Assembly: GCA_963797915.1 (NCBI GenBank) | Contig: CAWCRG010000017.1 | Location: 107,074-171,073 of the forward strand | Source: Candidatus Sericytochromatia bacterium | GTDB taxonomy: Bacteria > Cyanobacteriota > Sericytochromatia > UBA7694 | Direction: 5' to 3' | Length of the DNA stretch: 64,000 bases | Shown here: one piece after another, positions 28,657 to 38,992 of the stretch | Layout of the letters: each line of letters starts with the position of its first letter | How positions within the stretch are numbered: the stretch's first letter is position 1 | Made by a program: the position numbers and the translations under genes | Notes under the pieces: model-generated | What the model saw: the letters and a program-made list of their open reading frames with translations, nothing else | What the model was told of the DNA's origin: nothing | The model's database searches: none

Positions 28657-30948
28657 ATGAAATATCTCTCTTCTTCATTTTTTGCCCTGAGCTTATGGGT
28701 GTTATCCGCTTGTTCTCCCGCTCCGGTTAAACAGGCCGAGTCTCTCATGGAGGACAAAAAATACACAGAAGCAGCGACCTTTTTGGAGAGCTACCTGACT
28801 CAGGAATCCGACAGCTTATTACAGGCTCGCGCCAAAGCGCTACAGGCCGAAGCACTTTTTTATGCCGAAGGCCCTCTGGAAGCAATCAAGGCGTTACGCG
28901 TGTTGAAGATGGAAGATAATAAAGAGTATGCGAATCTTGTGGAGCGTCTACGTGTTCCCTTTACCGCTCTCGATCAGCATATTCAGGGCAAAGTGACGCT
29001 AACCAAAGAAACCGCTCCTCACCCCTGGTTTTGGGAGCGGGCACAGTGGATCAGTGCTTTAAAACAATCCCCAGTTCCCTTTGACTCTCTTGAAAAAATT
29101 GAGTCCCCTTTTCTGCAGACGATGATTCAATGGGAGCAGGCACGTATTGCTCCAGAAAAATTTGCCACGCTGCTTAAAGATTTTCCCGAAAGTCCCTTTC
29201 GTTCGGCCTGGTATCAGCGTTATCTGGATTATTTAATAAAGAACGAAGAACTCCCTCAGGCTGAAAGCCTACTCGTGCAGTGGAAGGGCGAATTATCTTC
29301 TGCAGAGCCGATTCGGGCTTTTGTGCTTTTAAAGCAAGCTGAGCTGGCGACAAAAAAGCAGCCTCGCGCCGCTCTTTCCTATTATCGCAACTATCTTAAA
29401 ACTTACCCTGATCACCCCCTGGGACGCCCCACCATTTACAAGCTGCAGTCAGACTTTAAAGATAAACTTACCGCAGACGATCATCTCTTTCTCGCTGACG
29501 CCGCTTATCAGCGGTATATGTACCAAACCGCTTATAACGAGCTGGCGGTACATACGCCCGAAAATGCCAAAGAACTTCTCAAGCTGGGTGAGTACGCGTT
29601 GGAGGGCAAGTTTTACAGCCAGGCTGCTGAACATTTTTCAGCGCTACGCAACCGCTACCCTTCGACCACAGAAGCCGGCCTGGCCAGTGTGTATCAGGCG
29701 CAACTACAGCGACGGGGCAAAGCCTATACCGCGGCTCTAAATCAGCTGCAAGCGGTTCACCTGGCTTATAATAGCAATAAAGAGGTGAAGGCGGCAGCCC
29801 TTTGGGAAGAAGGCATTATTTATGACTTGCTCAATAAAGATGCACAACGCGCTAAGGTCTATCATCAGTTAGTGGCCTTCAATCCTGAATTTAAAGAAGC
29901 CATGCCAGCTCTTTGGTACGCCATCTGGCAAGATTTTATCGATAAAGATTACGCGCGTGTGATCTCCACGCTGGAGTCTCATAAAAAAGATTATGCAAAA
30001 CATGAGTTAGCCAGCCGTTTTGATTATTGGCTGGCCCGCGCTTACGAAGAAACAGAAGCCTTTGACAAAGCGGAAGTGCTCTACCAGGAACTCATCAAAA
30101 ATCCGCTCATGGACTATTATACCCACCGTGCACGGGCGCGTTTACAGCGGTTAAAAAAAGGCGGCGAAGATCATTACGCTACCGTTGCTTATGAAGGGCT
30201 GAGTGTGGGTACAGAAAAGTCGCCGCTTCCCCAACCGAGTTATACACAGGCTTTTACACAAGCCCTTGATGGAGATGAAAATGCTTTTGCTCCTTTGATG
30301 GAGCTTTATTATATGCAGCAGTATGTGCCCTTTATGGAAGTGGCGGAAGATCATCCTGAGCCGGTGGTGCAGGTGCTCAACGGGCTTCTCATGCAAAAAC
30401 AAAAACGTTATTACGAGACGGTCACGCGTTATCGGTATTTAGCGGCGAAAGACGATACGTATCTGCCCGCTGCTTTTCCGTTGGCCTTTTTTGACACCGT
30501 TGAAAAAGAAGCCAGTAAATACAAAATGAATCCTTTTTTACCCGCGGGTTTGATCTGGCAAGAAAGTCAGTACAATCCGGGGATTAAATCCTGGGTGGGA
30601 GCGACCGGGCTGATGCAGATCATGCCTGCCACCGGTGCACAAATTGCTCAGGACTTAGATCTGGGTAAGGATTATAGCCTGACGACACCCGCTGATAATA
30701 TAAAAATGGGCGTCTGGTATCTTAAGTCGCGCCATGATGTGTTTGACGGTAACTCATTATTGGCTGTGGCTTCGTATAATGCAGGAGCCGGCCCCGTCAA
30801 TCGTTGGCTCAAAGACTTTGGTCACTTGCCCTTGGATGCGCTGGCCGAGTCCATTACCTATCCTGAAACCCGTGGTTACGTTAAGCGGGTGTTTACGTCC
30901 TACTGGATCTATCAGCATCTTTACGGCAAGTCTCAAGGCGTTGAGTAA
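28657..30948 (+). CDS. Soluble lytic murein transglycosylase (Slt70-like: superhelical N-terminal domain plus SLT domain)
   Basis: Catalytic SLT motifs QESQYNP, GLMQIMPATG and SYNAG near the C-terminus. A long alpha-helical repeat region lies N-terminal. Signal/lipobox LSAC. Confidence 0.8.
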   Translation: MKYLSSSFFALSLWVLSACSPAPVKQAESLMEDKKYTEAATFLESYLTQESDSLLQARAKALQAEALFYAEGPLEAIKALRVLKMEDNKEYANLVERLRVPFTALDQHIQGKVTLTKETAPHPWFWERAQWISALKQSPVPFDSLEKIESPFLQTMIQWEQARIAPEKFATLLKDFPESPFRSAWYQRYLDYLIKNEELPQAESLLVQWKGELSSAEPIRAFVLLKQAELATKKQPRAALSYYRNYLKTYPDHPLGRPTIYKLQSDFKDKLTADDHLFLADAAYQRYMYQTAYNELAVHTPENAKELLKLGEYALEGKFYSQAAEHFSALRNRYPSTTEAGLASVYQAQLQRRGKAYTAALNQLQAVHLAYNSNKEVKAAALWEEGIIYDLLNKDAQRAKVYHQLVAFNPEFKEAMPALWYAIWQDFIDKDYARVISTLESHKKDYAKHELASRFDYWLARAYEETEAFDKAEVLYQELIKNPLMDYYTHRARARLQRLKKGGEDHYATVAYEGLSVGTEKSPLPQPSYTQAFTQALDGDENAFAPLMELYYMQQYVPFMEVAEDHPEPVVQVLNGLLMQKQKRYYETVTRYRYLAAKDDTYLPAAFPLAFFDTVEKEASKYKMNPFLPAGLIWQESQYNPGIKSWVGATGLMQIMPATGAQIAQDLDLGKDYSLTTPADNIKMGVWYLKSRHDVFDGNSLLAVASYNAGAGPVNRWLKDFGHLPLDALAESITYPETRGYVKRVFTSYWIYQHLYGKSQGVE

Positions 30949-30954
30949 CAAACC

Positions 30955-31770
30955 TCAAACCAATAATAAAATACGTTCTTTGTGTTTTTTCGGAATGAGC
31001 CGGTCCACGTAGGCATAAATTTCCCGGCGGGTATAGCGCATTGAAAAATGCATCAAAACAATATAAGGGCTTTCAATATCATCTAAGTACGGCACAATTT
31101 CTTTAAGATGCATGTGCTTACGCTTGCTGGCTTCCTCTAAATGTTCATCACTTAAAAAAGTGCATTCTGTAAGCAGTACTTCGCTCTTTAGAATTTCAGG
31201 GTGCCAGTCAAACACTTTAATGGTAGAGTCTCCTACATAGCTGATGCGTGGTAAGCGAATGGTTTCGGTGATCTCTGTGCCACTTCTTTTTAAAGCGACA
31301 ATCTCCTGTTGTCCCATGCCTTGAAACGCTGCTTTGAGCTTGTTTCGCTCTTCAATGACGGTATAGCCTACGGAGGGAATGCGGTGATCGGTGGCAAACA
31401 TACGCATAATATGATTGCGCTTAAAAGGCACCTCCATGCCGCTTTCTACGGGCACAAGGGTATACTCCCGATGGGCGCGCTCCACGGCTGCGTGGGCACG
31501 AATCAGAGCATGGGTCTGCTCCAGGGCTTCAGCCGGAATGTATATTTCGCCGGGGGGTAACTTTGCCAGACTGCGATGGGCAATATAGTAGGTTAACCCC
31601 AGGCTGTGATCTCCATGAAAATGAGAGATAAACACCTGGGGTACACTCACCAGACTCATCGGACATTTGCCGATATCAAAGCAGATATTCAGTTCGTTGA
31701 CGCGCACATAGGTTTCTATGGTGCTACGGGAGAACCCCTCTAAGGTGTAGGGGCCACTTTTCAGTTCCAT
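30955..31770 (-). CDS. Metallo-beta-lactamase-fold hydrolase (RNase Z/BN-like)
   Basis: HFHGDH (HxHxDH) motif. 271 aa. Confidence 0.6.
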   Translation of the reverse strand: MELKSGPYTLEGFSRSTIETYVRVNELNICFDIGKCPMSLVSVPQVFISHFHGDHSLGLTYYIAHRSLAKLPPGEIYIPAEALEQTHALIRAHAAVERAHREYTLVPVESGMEVPFKRNHIMRMFATDHRIPSVGYTVIEERNKLKAAFQGMGQQEIVALKRSGTEITETIRLPRISYVGDSTIKVFDWHPEILKSEVLLTECTFLSDEHLEEASKRKHMHLKEIVPYLDDIESPYIVLMHFSMRYTRREIYAYVDRLIPKKHKERILLLV

Positions 31771-31776
31771 CTTTAA

Positions 31777-32838
31777 TTAGGCATTGCTTGTTTTAAGCGG
31801 GGTTTCACCGGGGTAGAGGTGGCAAGCGACATATTGTCCATTACCGGTGTCTAACAGCGGGGGCTCCTGCGTCTTACAGACATCCATGACTTCCCAGCAG
31901 CGGGTGTGAAAACGGCAGCCAGAGGGTGGGTTTACGGGACTGGGGATATCGCCTTCCAATACAATGCGTTTTGCGAGATGTTCAGAGCTGCGCATGAGCA
32001 CGGGATCGGGCTCTGGTACCGCTGACATCAGCGCACGGGTGTAGGGGTGCTTGGGGCTTGCGTACAGGGTTCTGTTGCTGGCAAGCTCTACCACTTTACC
32101 CAGGTACATCACCGCTACACGATCTGAAATATGGTTAACGGTGCTGAGGTTGTGGGCAATAAAAATATAGGTGAGACCAAATTCTGCCTGCAGGTCGTTC
32201 ATCAGGTTCAGTACCTGGGCCTGTACCGATACGTCAAGGGCAGAAACCGGCTCATCGGCGATAATCAGTTTTGGATTGAGGGCAAGCGCTCGGGCTATCC
32301 CGATCCGTTGCCGCTGTCCCCCTGAAAATTCGTGGGGAAAGCGCTCGGTATAAGAGGGGTTGAGGCCGACGCAGTCGAGAAGCTCTCGCACGCGCTTCTT
32401 GAGCTCTTTTGAGCTAGAAAACACATGGTGTACCCGCAGGGGCTCTGCCACAATATCACCAACAGTCATGCGGGGATCCAGAGAAGCATAAGGGTTCTGA
32501 AAAACCATTTGGATTTTTTTACGCATGTTTCGCATGTCAGGCTTGTTTAAAGAGAGTACATCTACGCCATCAAACATCACTTTTCCCGCCGTGGGCTCGA
32601 TGAGGCGTAAAATAAGACGTCCGGTGGTGGATTTACCACAGCCCGACTCGCCAACCATACCCAGGGTTTCGCCTTCGCGCACAAAGAGGTCCAGACCATC
32701 AACGGCTTTGACCGCTCCCACTTGTTTTGAAAACAGGATGCCTTTTTTAATAGGGAAGTGTTTCTTTAGGCCTTTGACATCCAATAAGATTTTATCTGAT
32801 TTGGTTTTTTCCTGTGACATTATACGTCTGCTTTCCAT
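31777..32838 (-). CDS. Oligopeptide/dipeptide ABC transporter ATP-binding protein (OppF/DppF-like)
   Basis: Walker [18 protein letters not shown] signature, Walker B IIADEP and the C-terminal oligopeptide-ABC extension. Confidence 0.8.
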   Translation of the reverse strand: MESRRIMSQEKTKSDKILLDVKGLKKHFPIKKGILFSKQVGAVKAVDGLDLFVREGETLGMVGESGCGKSTTGRLILRLIEPTAGKVMFDGVDVLSLNKPDMRNMRKKIQMVFQNPYASLDPRMTVGDIVAEPLRVHHVFSSSKELKKRVRELLDCVGLNPSYTERFPHEFSGGQRQRIGIARALALNPKLIIADEPVSALDVSVQAQVLNLMNDLQAEFGLTYIFIAHNLSTVNHISDRVAVMYLGKVVELASNRTLYASPKHPYTRALMSAVPEPDPVLMRSSEHLAKRIVLEGDIPSPVNPPSGCRFHTRCWEVMDVCKTQEPPLLDTGNGQYVACHLYPGETPLKTSNA

Positions 32839-33809
32839 TCTTCACGTTTGAGACAGCGGGCATAGTGGTTCACACCCACCTGTTTGAGTTCAGGTTCTTG
32901 TTGACGACAGATATCTTCTGCTTCGGGGCACCGGGCTGCAAAACTACAGCCTTTGGGCAACTTGCTTAAGCTTGGGGGCTGACCGTCAATAGGTTCAAGG
33001 CGATCTTTTACGTCGTCTAAACGGGGGATTGATTTGAGCAAGCCGACAGTATAGGGGTGACTCGGTGTCTTAAAGAGACTCACCACATCGGTAGCCTCAA
33101 CCACTTTGCCTGCGTACATGACGCAAACATGGTCGCACATTTCAGCCACAACGCCCAAATCGTGGGTGATGAACAAAATACCGGCGTTTTCTTTTTCCTT
33201 GATTTCACGCATTAAATCCAGAATCTGAGCCTGAATGGTTACATCCAGCGCGGTCGTGGGCTCATCAGCAATGAGCAGTTCAGGCTCGCAAGAGAGGGCC
33301 ATTGCAATAATGGCCCGCTGACGCATTCCGCCAGAGAACTGGTGAGGATACTCGTCTACACGCTTTTCTGGCGAGGGGATACCCACCTTTTTGAGCATGA
33401 GAATGGCTTTGTCTTTAGCGGCTTTTTTATCTAAGCCCTGGTGCAGTTGGATGGCTTCCATAATCTGCTCTCCCACAGTTAAAACAGGGTTTAGAGAAGT
33501 CATTGGATCTTGTGAAATCAGGGCAATACGGTTGCCCCGGATTTTGCGCATTTCTTCTTCGGAGAGCGATAAGAGGTCTTTGCCTGCAAAAATAAGCTGA
33601 CCGCGCACGATTTTACCCTGGGGTTTGGGAACCAGGCGCAAAATAGACATAGAGGTCATACTCTTGCCGCAGCCAGACTCTCCTACCACGCCGACAACCT
33701 CACCACGACGGACTTCAAAATCTACGCCATCTACGGCTTTTACCACACCCTCTTCTGTATGAAAGTGGGTCGCAAGGTCTGTCACCTTCAGCAATACTTC
33801 TTCAGCCAC
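32820..33809 (-). CDS. Oligopeptide/dipeptide ABC transporter ATP-binding protein (OppD/DppD-like)
   Basis: Walker [19 protein letters not shown] and [11 protein letters not shown]. Confidence 0.8.
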   Translation of the reverse strand: MAEEVLLKVTDLATHFHTEEGVVKAVDGVDFEVRRGEVVGVVGESGCGKSMTSMSILRLVPKPQGKIVRGQLIFAGKDLLSLSEEEMRKIRGNRIALISQDPMTSLNPVLTVGEQIMEAIQLHQGLDKKAAKDKAILMLKKVGIPSPEKRVDEYPHQFSGGMRQRAIIAMALSCEPELLIADEPTTALDVTIQAQILDLMREIKEKENAGILFITHDLGVVAEMCDHVCVMYAGKVVEATDVVSLFKTPSHPYTVGLLKSIPRLDDVKDRLEPIDGQPPSLSKLPKGCSFAARCPEAEDICRQQEPELKQVGVNHYARCLKREEWKADV

Positions 33810-33884
33810 AGGGGCCTCCTTTTAAATTCATCCTAATAAGGCATAATACCGGATTCACAGGGGAATGTCCACGTCTAGCGGGTT

Positions 33885-34685
33885 TCAAAAGTACGCTGTA
33901 AAACCGAGATTAACACCATGAAACATATCTTGTAACGTGCGATTCAGGGTTAAAGACTGCCCTGTTTGAGAGTTTTGTGCCGCGGTTTCTCCGGCCGCAT
34001 TAAAAAAGTTGAAACGGTAACCGGCGTTAAAAGCCAGTGATGGGTTGATAAACCAGCGCGTGTTAAACTCGCTCAGCAGACCCAGTCCGTCGGGGAGCGG
34101 ATTGGGGGTGCGAGAGCTGGGCACATAAACCAACTTAAAACTGGCTTCTCCGATATCGAAAATGGGATGTTTACCTTCCAGGCCAATTCCGGCACCAAAA
34201 AAAGGGGCCGCCGTGGTTAGTAGCAAACTATCATAAACGGTATTGAAATAAGAAACATAATGCCCTGAAACCGTGAGCGTACGGCTAAAACTCTCATCGT
34301 GCAATACCGTGAGTTTAGCGAACTGAAAGTCCATCATATAGGTCATCAGACGCACATCTTGTATCAGTTGGTCGGCGTAATCAAGGGAGAATCCCAACCC
34401 AAAGACGGAGCCTAAAAACCCCAGTCCCTGAGGCGTTAAAATGCCAAACCAGTGGTCACTGGTAATGTTGAGCAGCCCCAGAGAGGTTTTGGTATTGACA
34501 AAAGAGTCGACACCACTGCCTTTAAAGTTTTGGTCAATGCTGTTATTGCCATACCAGTAGCGCAGGGTAAACTGTCCTTGATATTCTCGATTGCCAAAGT
34601 CCACCCGTGTTTCGGGGAGTTCGGCACCGTGCGCAGGTAAGCTCAGTAAGCACAAACCAAGCAAAAGACTCAAACATTTAGGCAT
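33885..34685 (-). CDS. Outer-membrane beta-barrel protein
   Basis: Signal peptide (LLSLPAHG), alternating amphipathic strands and a C-terminal aromatic residue (…FTAYF). Confidence 0.55.
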   Translation of the reverse strand: MPKCLSLLLGLCLLSLPAHGAELPETRVDFGNREYQGQFTLRYWYGNNSIDQNFKGSGVDSFVNTKTSLGLLNITSDHWFGILTPQGLGFLGSVFGLGFSLDYADQLIQDVRLMTYMMDFQFAKLTVLHDESFSRTLTVSGHYVSYFNTVYDSLLLTTAAPFFGAGIGLEGKHPIFDIGEASFKLVYVPSSRTPNPLPDGLGLLSEFNTRWFINPSLAFNAGYRFNFFNAAGETAAQNSQTGQSLTLNRTLQDMFHGVNLGFTAYF

Positions 34686-34709
34686 TAAAAACTTCCTTTA
34701 AATTGCAGA

Positions 34710-36968
34710 TTACTCAACGACCTCAAAGGGAATATGGGTGACGCGAGAAAGATCGGACCAGACGGCCTGATATCCTGGGTGAGCAGAAACATTATTGCTT
34801 TTGTTAACCACGGGTTTGAGACCTTTTAATGCGGAGACTGCGAGTACATAAGTTTCCTGCTCTTTTAAACGCAGTTTACGAGAGGTAAAAGGATAATCGA
34901 TCTGTGTCGATTTGGTCCACCCCTCCCAGATGACCTTACGCCCGGCATTGTTGCCTTCGGTGAGCGTCACATGATAAATTTCAGCGCCTGAGACGGCGTC
35001 CCAGGCCATGGTTGGCGTGGCGGGAATGGTGTTGTCACTCTCTCCCTGAATTTCGAGTTTACTCATGACGGGTAAAAAGTCTACACTCAGGCTATCAGCG
35101 GCGTCTGCTAGATTGTAGATGTGATGGTAGGTGAGTCCACCATCAACGTGGGTCGCGGTAAATTGCAGGTGATACTTTTGTCCACCGGAAAGTACAGGGA
35201 GGTTAACCCGAAAGCTTTGCGGCTCTTTGCTTCCCTTTTTACTCTCTGTTGCCGTTGAAGGGGAGGGAGTTGGAGAAGGTGTGCTCTTCTGATTGCCCTT
35301 GCTAATCAAGCTTTTGTCAGCAGTGGGGGGGGCGGTAAAGGTTTTGGTCAACAAATAGGCCTCTTCGGGGTGGGCGCCTTTTTCTTCAGGCTCAAGACTG
35401 ATGTACACATCCATAGACTTTAAAGTGTAGCCCTCAGGAACTTGCACCTTACCGCTCAGGACCATATTCTCTAGGACAGAGCGCAGGGAGATCACGGGTG
35501 CTATTTTAATGGCTTCGCTTTCGTCTTCTTTTTCACCGGTAAAAAAGTTTTTTACGGTATCAAAAACGTTAGTGCCCTTCTTTTCTTCGACAGCCTCCTG
35601 ATTCTCCTCGATGGTTTGAGGGTTTTCTGATGCTGCTGAAGGGGTGGGATACGGTTCTATCGGCGGAGAAATAATTGGGCTTTCAATCGTCTCTGGTGTA
35701 CTGCTCGCATAAGGAGAAACGTCTTTGTCGATCGCAGGACTTTCGGTTGCTGCGGGGCTTTCTGCTTCCGCAGGGCCTGGCGTTGCTTCGCTGAGTATTT
35801 TGTTGACGTTCTCAATGAGCTCTTCGGCAGTGGGTTTGGGGGTGCCGTCAGGACCCGGCAGCGTGCTGGGCTTCTCTTTGAAGACCAGTTCCTGGTCTTT
35901 AATACTTTTGTTGTTGACAATAATGTTTTTGAGTAAACCCATTTGTCGGATATCACCGTCGGGGTTTTGCACAAAGGCCACAAAACTTCTCCGTCCAAAA
36001 GGCACAGCCGGCAGCTTAAACTCGCCCAGGCTATTGCTGGTAGCCGGTATGCCAATGGCTGAGCCCATCGGAAAAGAAGAGCTAACCAGGGCGTCGGCAA
36101 TGGGGGTGTCGGTGGGAGATAGAACACTGCCGACAATATCCATCATTTGATCGTTATTTAGCGGTACCAACGGAATTTCTAAGCGGTTGGGGTCCACATC
36201 GGTCAGGGTAATACTGCGATAACCGGGTGCTGAAACGCTAATGGTATGCTTGCCTTCGGGCACGTCATTAATAAAGAATTTGCCACGGTTATTGCTGTTG
36301 GTTTCAAAAAGATTCAAGGTGCTGTTTGCCGCCGCATTCACGGGCGTTACGGCCTGAGACCCGACATAGCGAGTCAGTACTTCTGTGGGTGCTGCTCCCA
36401 GAGTGCTCACGCCTGAGTTATCGGGCTGCACAGCATCAGAGCCGCCAGGTATACCCGTCCCAGGAAGACCAGGGCCCACCGGTGCTGAGCCCGGCGGTGT
36501 GCTGGTGGCATTCGGAAGGGTGGGGATACTGCCGTTTACAGAAAAACCGGTGGATGGGCTGGCTGAGGGGGCTGTGATTGAAGGCTGTGCTGAGGGCGCT
36601 TTGACGGCTGTAGGCACTGCGTTGGGAAAAGGCGTTGAGCTGCTATTGGGATTGCTACTGGGGGGAGATGGGTTGTTTTGGCCTGTGTTGTTCGGCGGTG
36701 TGGCCGATGCAGCGGGTGCCGGCTCGGCCTGTATTTTAAGCGTGATTTCGGCATTATCAACGGGCTCCAGCGTGTATCCGTTAATTACCGTTCCTGTAAA
36801 ACGCTGCGTTTTAAGGGTGCTGGCCTGGGCTGAGGGCTTGGCCGCGAGGTTCGGAATATTACCGGCGGCGGGATTGGGTGAGCTGCTGTTAGAGCTTCCA
36901 CAAGCTGTTAAAAACAGGCTGCTGGCGAGTAAATACAACACCACAGAATGACGTACGGTTGCTTTCAT
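34710..36968 (-). CDS. Large secreted lipoprotein with carboxypeptidase-regulatory-like (Ig/transthyretin-like) domains and long Pro/Ser/Thr/Ala-rich low-complexity regions
   Basis: The likely start is the internal Met (MKATVRHSVVLYLLASSLFLTACGSS, lipobox). Repeated motifs of the type GTVINGYTLEPVDNAEITL and GKFFINDVPEGKHTISVSAPGY. Confidence 0.6.
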   Translation of the reverse strand: MKATVRHSVVLYLLASSLFLTACGSSNSSSPNPAAGNIPNLAAKPSAQASTLKTQRFTGTVINGYTLEPVDNAEITLKIQAEPAPAASATPPNNTGQNNPSPPSSNPNSSSTPFPNAVPTAVKAPSAQPSITAPSASPSTGFSVNGSIPTLPNATSTPPGSAPVGPGLPGTGIPGGSDAVQPDNSGVSTLGAAPTEVLTRYVGSQAVTPVNAAANSTLNLFETNSNNRGKFFINDVPEGKHTISVSAPGYRSITLTDVDPNRLEIPLVPLNNDQMMDIVGSVLSPTDTPIADALVSSSFPMGSAIGIPATSNSLGEFKLPAVPFGRRSFVAFVQNPDGDIRQMGLLKNIIVNNKSIKDQELVFKEKPSTLPGPDGTPKPTAEELIENVNKILSEATPGPAEAESPAATESPAIDKDVSPYASSTPETIESPIISPPIEPYPTPSAASENPQTIEENQEAVEEKKGTNVFDTVKNFFTGEKEDESEAIKIAPVISLRSVLENMVLSGKVQVPEGYTLKSMDVYISLEPEEKGAHPEEAYLLTKTFTAPPTADKSLISKGNQKSTPSPTPSPSTATESKKGSKEPQSFRVNLPVLSGGQKYHLQFTATHVDGGLTYHHIYNLADAADSLSVDFLPVMSKLEIQGESDNTIPATPTMAWDAVSGAEIYHVTLTEGNNAGRKVIWEGWTKSTQIDYPFTSRKLRLKEQETYVLAVSALKGLKPVVNKSNNVSAHPGYQAVWSDLSRVTHIPFEVVE

Positions 36969-37073
36969 GGAGATACTTTCCCAAAAATTTTTGGTATTAT
37001 ACCAGATTCCTTGGAAGCGAAGCACTGGCGCGACTTCGTGTTAAAATCTAAAGCATAAGGAGACGCCTATTTC

Positions 37074-38990
37074 ATGACACAATCTTCAGCTCCCCCCGAT
37101 TTAAACCGTATTGGTGATTTGCTCGTAAAAGAAGGGCTTCTTACCCCGGATGCTTTACAAAAAGCCTTAAAGTATCAAAAGGACTCTGAGGGGTATAAAC
37201 CCCTCGGACGGGTTTGTGTCGATCTTAAGCTACTCTCTAAAGTCGATTTGCAACGCTTTTTGCGTAAACATCAAAAAAGTATTCACCTGGGAGATATCCT
37301 CTTGAATATGGGTTTGATTACCCATGAGCAGTTGAATCATGTTCTCGAACAGCAAAAAGTCACCCAATTGCGCTTTGGAGACTTGCTCGTTAGACACAAC
37401 GTGATTTCTGAGTCGCAATTGGTGGAGGCTTTAAGCTTACAGCTTGATTTGCCCCGTATTGTGCCCTCTCCGGAATTGGTTGACCGCGAACTATTGAAAG
37501 CCCTCGATGAAGGCTTTTTGAGATCTTATGAGTGCTTGCCGATCCATAAATACGAAAATCAAATGGTGGTGGTCATGTCGGACCCGCTCAACGGGGAGCT
37601 GATCCAGCGTTTGATCGATGTGTTTAAATGTAAAATTATGCCGTCTATTGCTACGCCCACAGAGATTTTGGCCTGTATCAGTGCGTTATTTGATGCCGAG
37701 TCCACCCGTTTGAACAATTTAAACATGGACCATGACTTACTGCAGGTGACCCACCAACATCATCTGAGTGAAGAAAAACTCATGCCCGTGGCTCAGTTTT
37801 TGGTGCGTTCTGCTGTAGAGGCTGGAGCCACGGCGCTGCATGTGGAGACCCATGAAAATTATGTGCGTGTTCGCTATCGTATTGACGGTGTCTTGCAGCA
37901 TAAAACCGATCTTCCTCAGCGCATGGCCCCCATGCTCATTCAGTGTATGAAAACACCGTTTCGCTTAAAACGTCAGCGGTATTGGGAAGAACATATCACC
38001 ACGCAAGTGGGAACGAAGAAAGTGAATTTGTCGATCTCCTTTTTTCCAGGCATCTGGGGCGAAAGCCTTGTGATGCATATTTCTCATCCCAAAGCAAATT
38101 TTATTGGTTTAGAATATCTGGGCTTGTCTCCCTTTGTGCAAGGGCAGTTGAATAGAGGCTTGTCTCGTGCCGGTGGCTTAATGATTGCCGTCAGCCCCAT
38201 TCGTAACGGCAAGACCACCCTGCTCTATTCTTGGTTGGCTCACGTGGGGAAAGCGCATCACAATACCCTAACCCTCGAAGATAATATTGAGCATCAGTTG
38301 CCTGGCACAACCCAGTACCAATACCCTCCTAACTCCACCGACAGTTATGAATCCATGATCGAAGCGATGATTGATTATGACTCTGATGTCATGATGGTGA
38401 GTGCCGTTAAAAATAAAGAAGTGGCGTTGCGCTTGAATCGCGCTGCATTGGTGGGCAAAAAAGTTTTTTCTTCGGTGGCCTCAAACGATACAACGACAGC
38501 CATTTATCAGCTCATGGAGATGGAGGCCAATGCGCTATTGGCAACTCCAGCGCCGGTCATGCTGGTGGCGCAGAAGCTTTTGCGTAAACTCTGCGAGCAT
38601 TGCCGTGAGGCGGTTCCTCTGGCGGCTGTTCAATTGCAGAAACTGGGCGTGACGCTAAAGCAGACAGAAAAGCGTTCGGTATATGAGGCGCGCGGGTGCG
38701 AAGCGTGTGAGCACCTGGGATACTCAGGAATGACAGCTCTACATGAAGTGTTTGAAATCTCTGAAGCCGATCGCCAGGTGATTTTGAAAGGCGGAACCGC
38801 CTCTGCGATTCGAGAACAGGCACGCCAGCACCGGCGTCTGATGTCAATGGTTGAAGACGGTGTTTATAAATCATTGATTGGTTTGACTAGCCTCGAAGAG
38901 GTATTGAATACCGTGCTGATTTATGAGGAAGATCTTAACACCCCGCGCAATGTGGAAGACATTTATTATTTGTGTAACGGTGAGGCTTAA
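37074..38990 (+). CDS. Catalytically degenerate GspE/MshE-family pseudo-ATPase with two tandem MshEN-type c-di-GMP-binding modules, a GspE_N domain and the C-terminal Cys4 zinc site
   Basis: Four copies of the 24-residue MshEN motif RLGxxLLxxGLLxxxxLxxxLxxQ (for example RIGDLLVKEGLLTPDALQKALKYQ). Walker A is degraded (SPIRNGKT vs GPTGSGKST), Walker B GEIRD is replaced by SAVKN, and both His-box histidines are lost (VGKKVFSSVASN). The CxxC...CxxC zinc site is retained. Confidence 0.7.
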   Translation: MTQSSAPPDLNRIGDLLVKEGLLTPDALQKALKYQKDSEGYKPLGRVCVDLKLLSKVDLQRFLRKHQKSIHLGDILLNMGLITHEQLNHVLEQQKVTQLRFGDLLVRHNVISESQLVEALSLQLDLPRIVPSPELVDRELLKALDEGFLRSYECLPIHKYENQMVVVMSDPLNGELIQRLIDVFKCKIMPSIATPTEILACISALFDAESTRLNNLNMDHDLLQVTHQHHLSEEKLMPVAQFLVRSAVEAGATALHVETHENYVRVRYRIDGVLQHKTDLPQRMAPMLIQCMKTPFRLKRQRYWEEHITTQVGTKKVNLSISFFPGIWGESLVMHISHPKANFIGLEYLGLSPFVQGQLNRGLSRAGGLMIAVSPIRNGKTTLLYSWLAHVGKAHHNTLTLEDNIEHQLPGTTQYQYPPNSTDSYESMIEAMIDYDSDVMMVSAVKNKEVALRLNRAALVGKKVFSSVASNDTTTAIYQLMEMEANALLATPAPVMLVAQKLLRKLCEHCREAVPLAAVQLQKLGVTLKQTEKRSVYEARGCEACEHLGYSGMTALHEVFEISEADRQVILKGGTASAIREQARQHRRLMSMVEDGVYKSLIGLTSLEEVLNTVLIYEEDLNTPRNVEDIYYLCNGEA

Positions 38991-38992
38991 GG

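Noticed and set aside
35657-36951. ORFs of 141-188 aa overlapping the large lipoprotein gene (both strands), with Pro/Ala/Gly-rich translations
   Set aside because: They are alternative-frame readings of a GC-rich low-complexity coding region. The minus-strand lipoprotein frame is the only one with a signal peptide and domain repeats.
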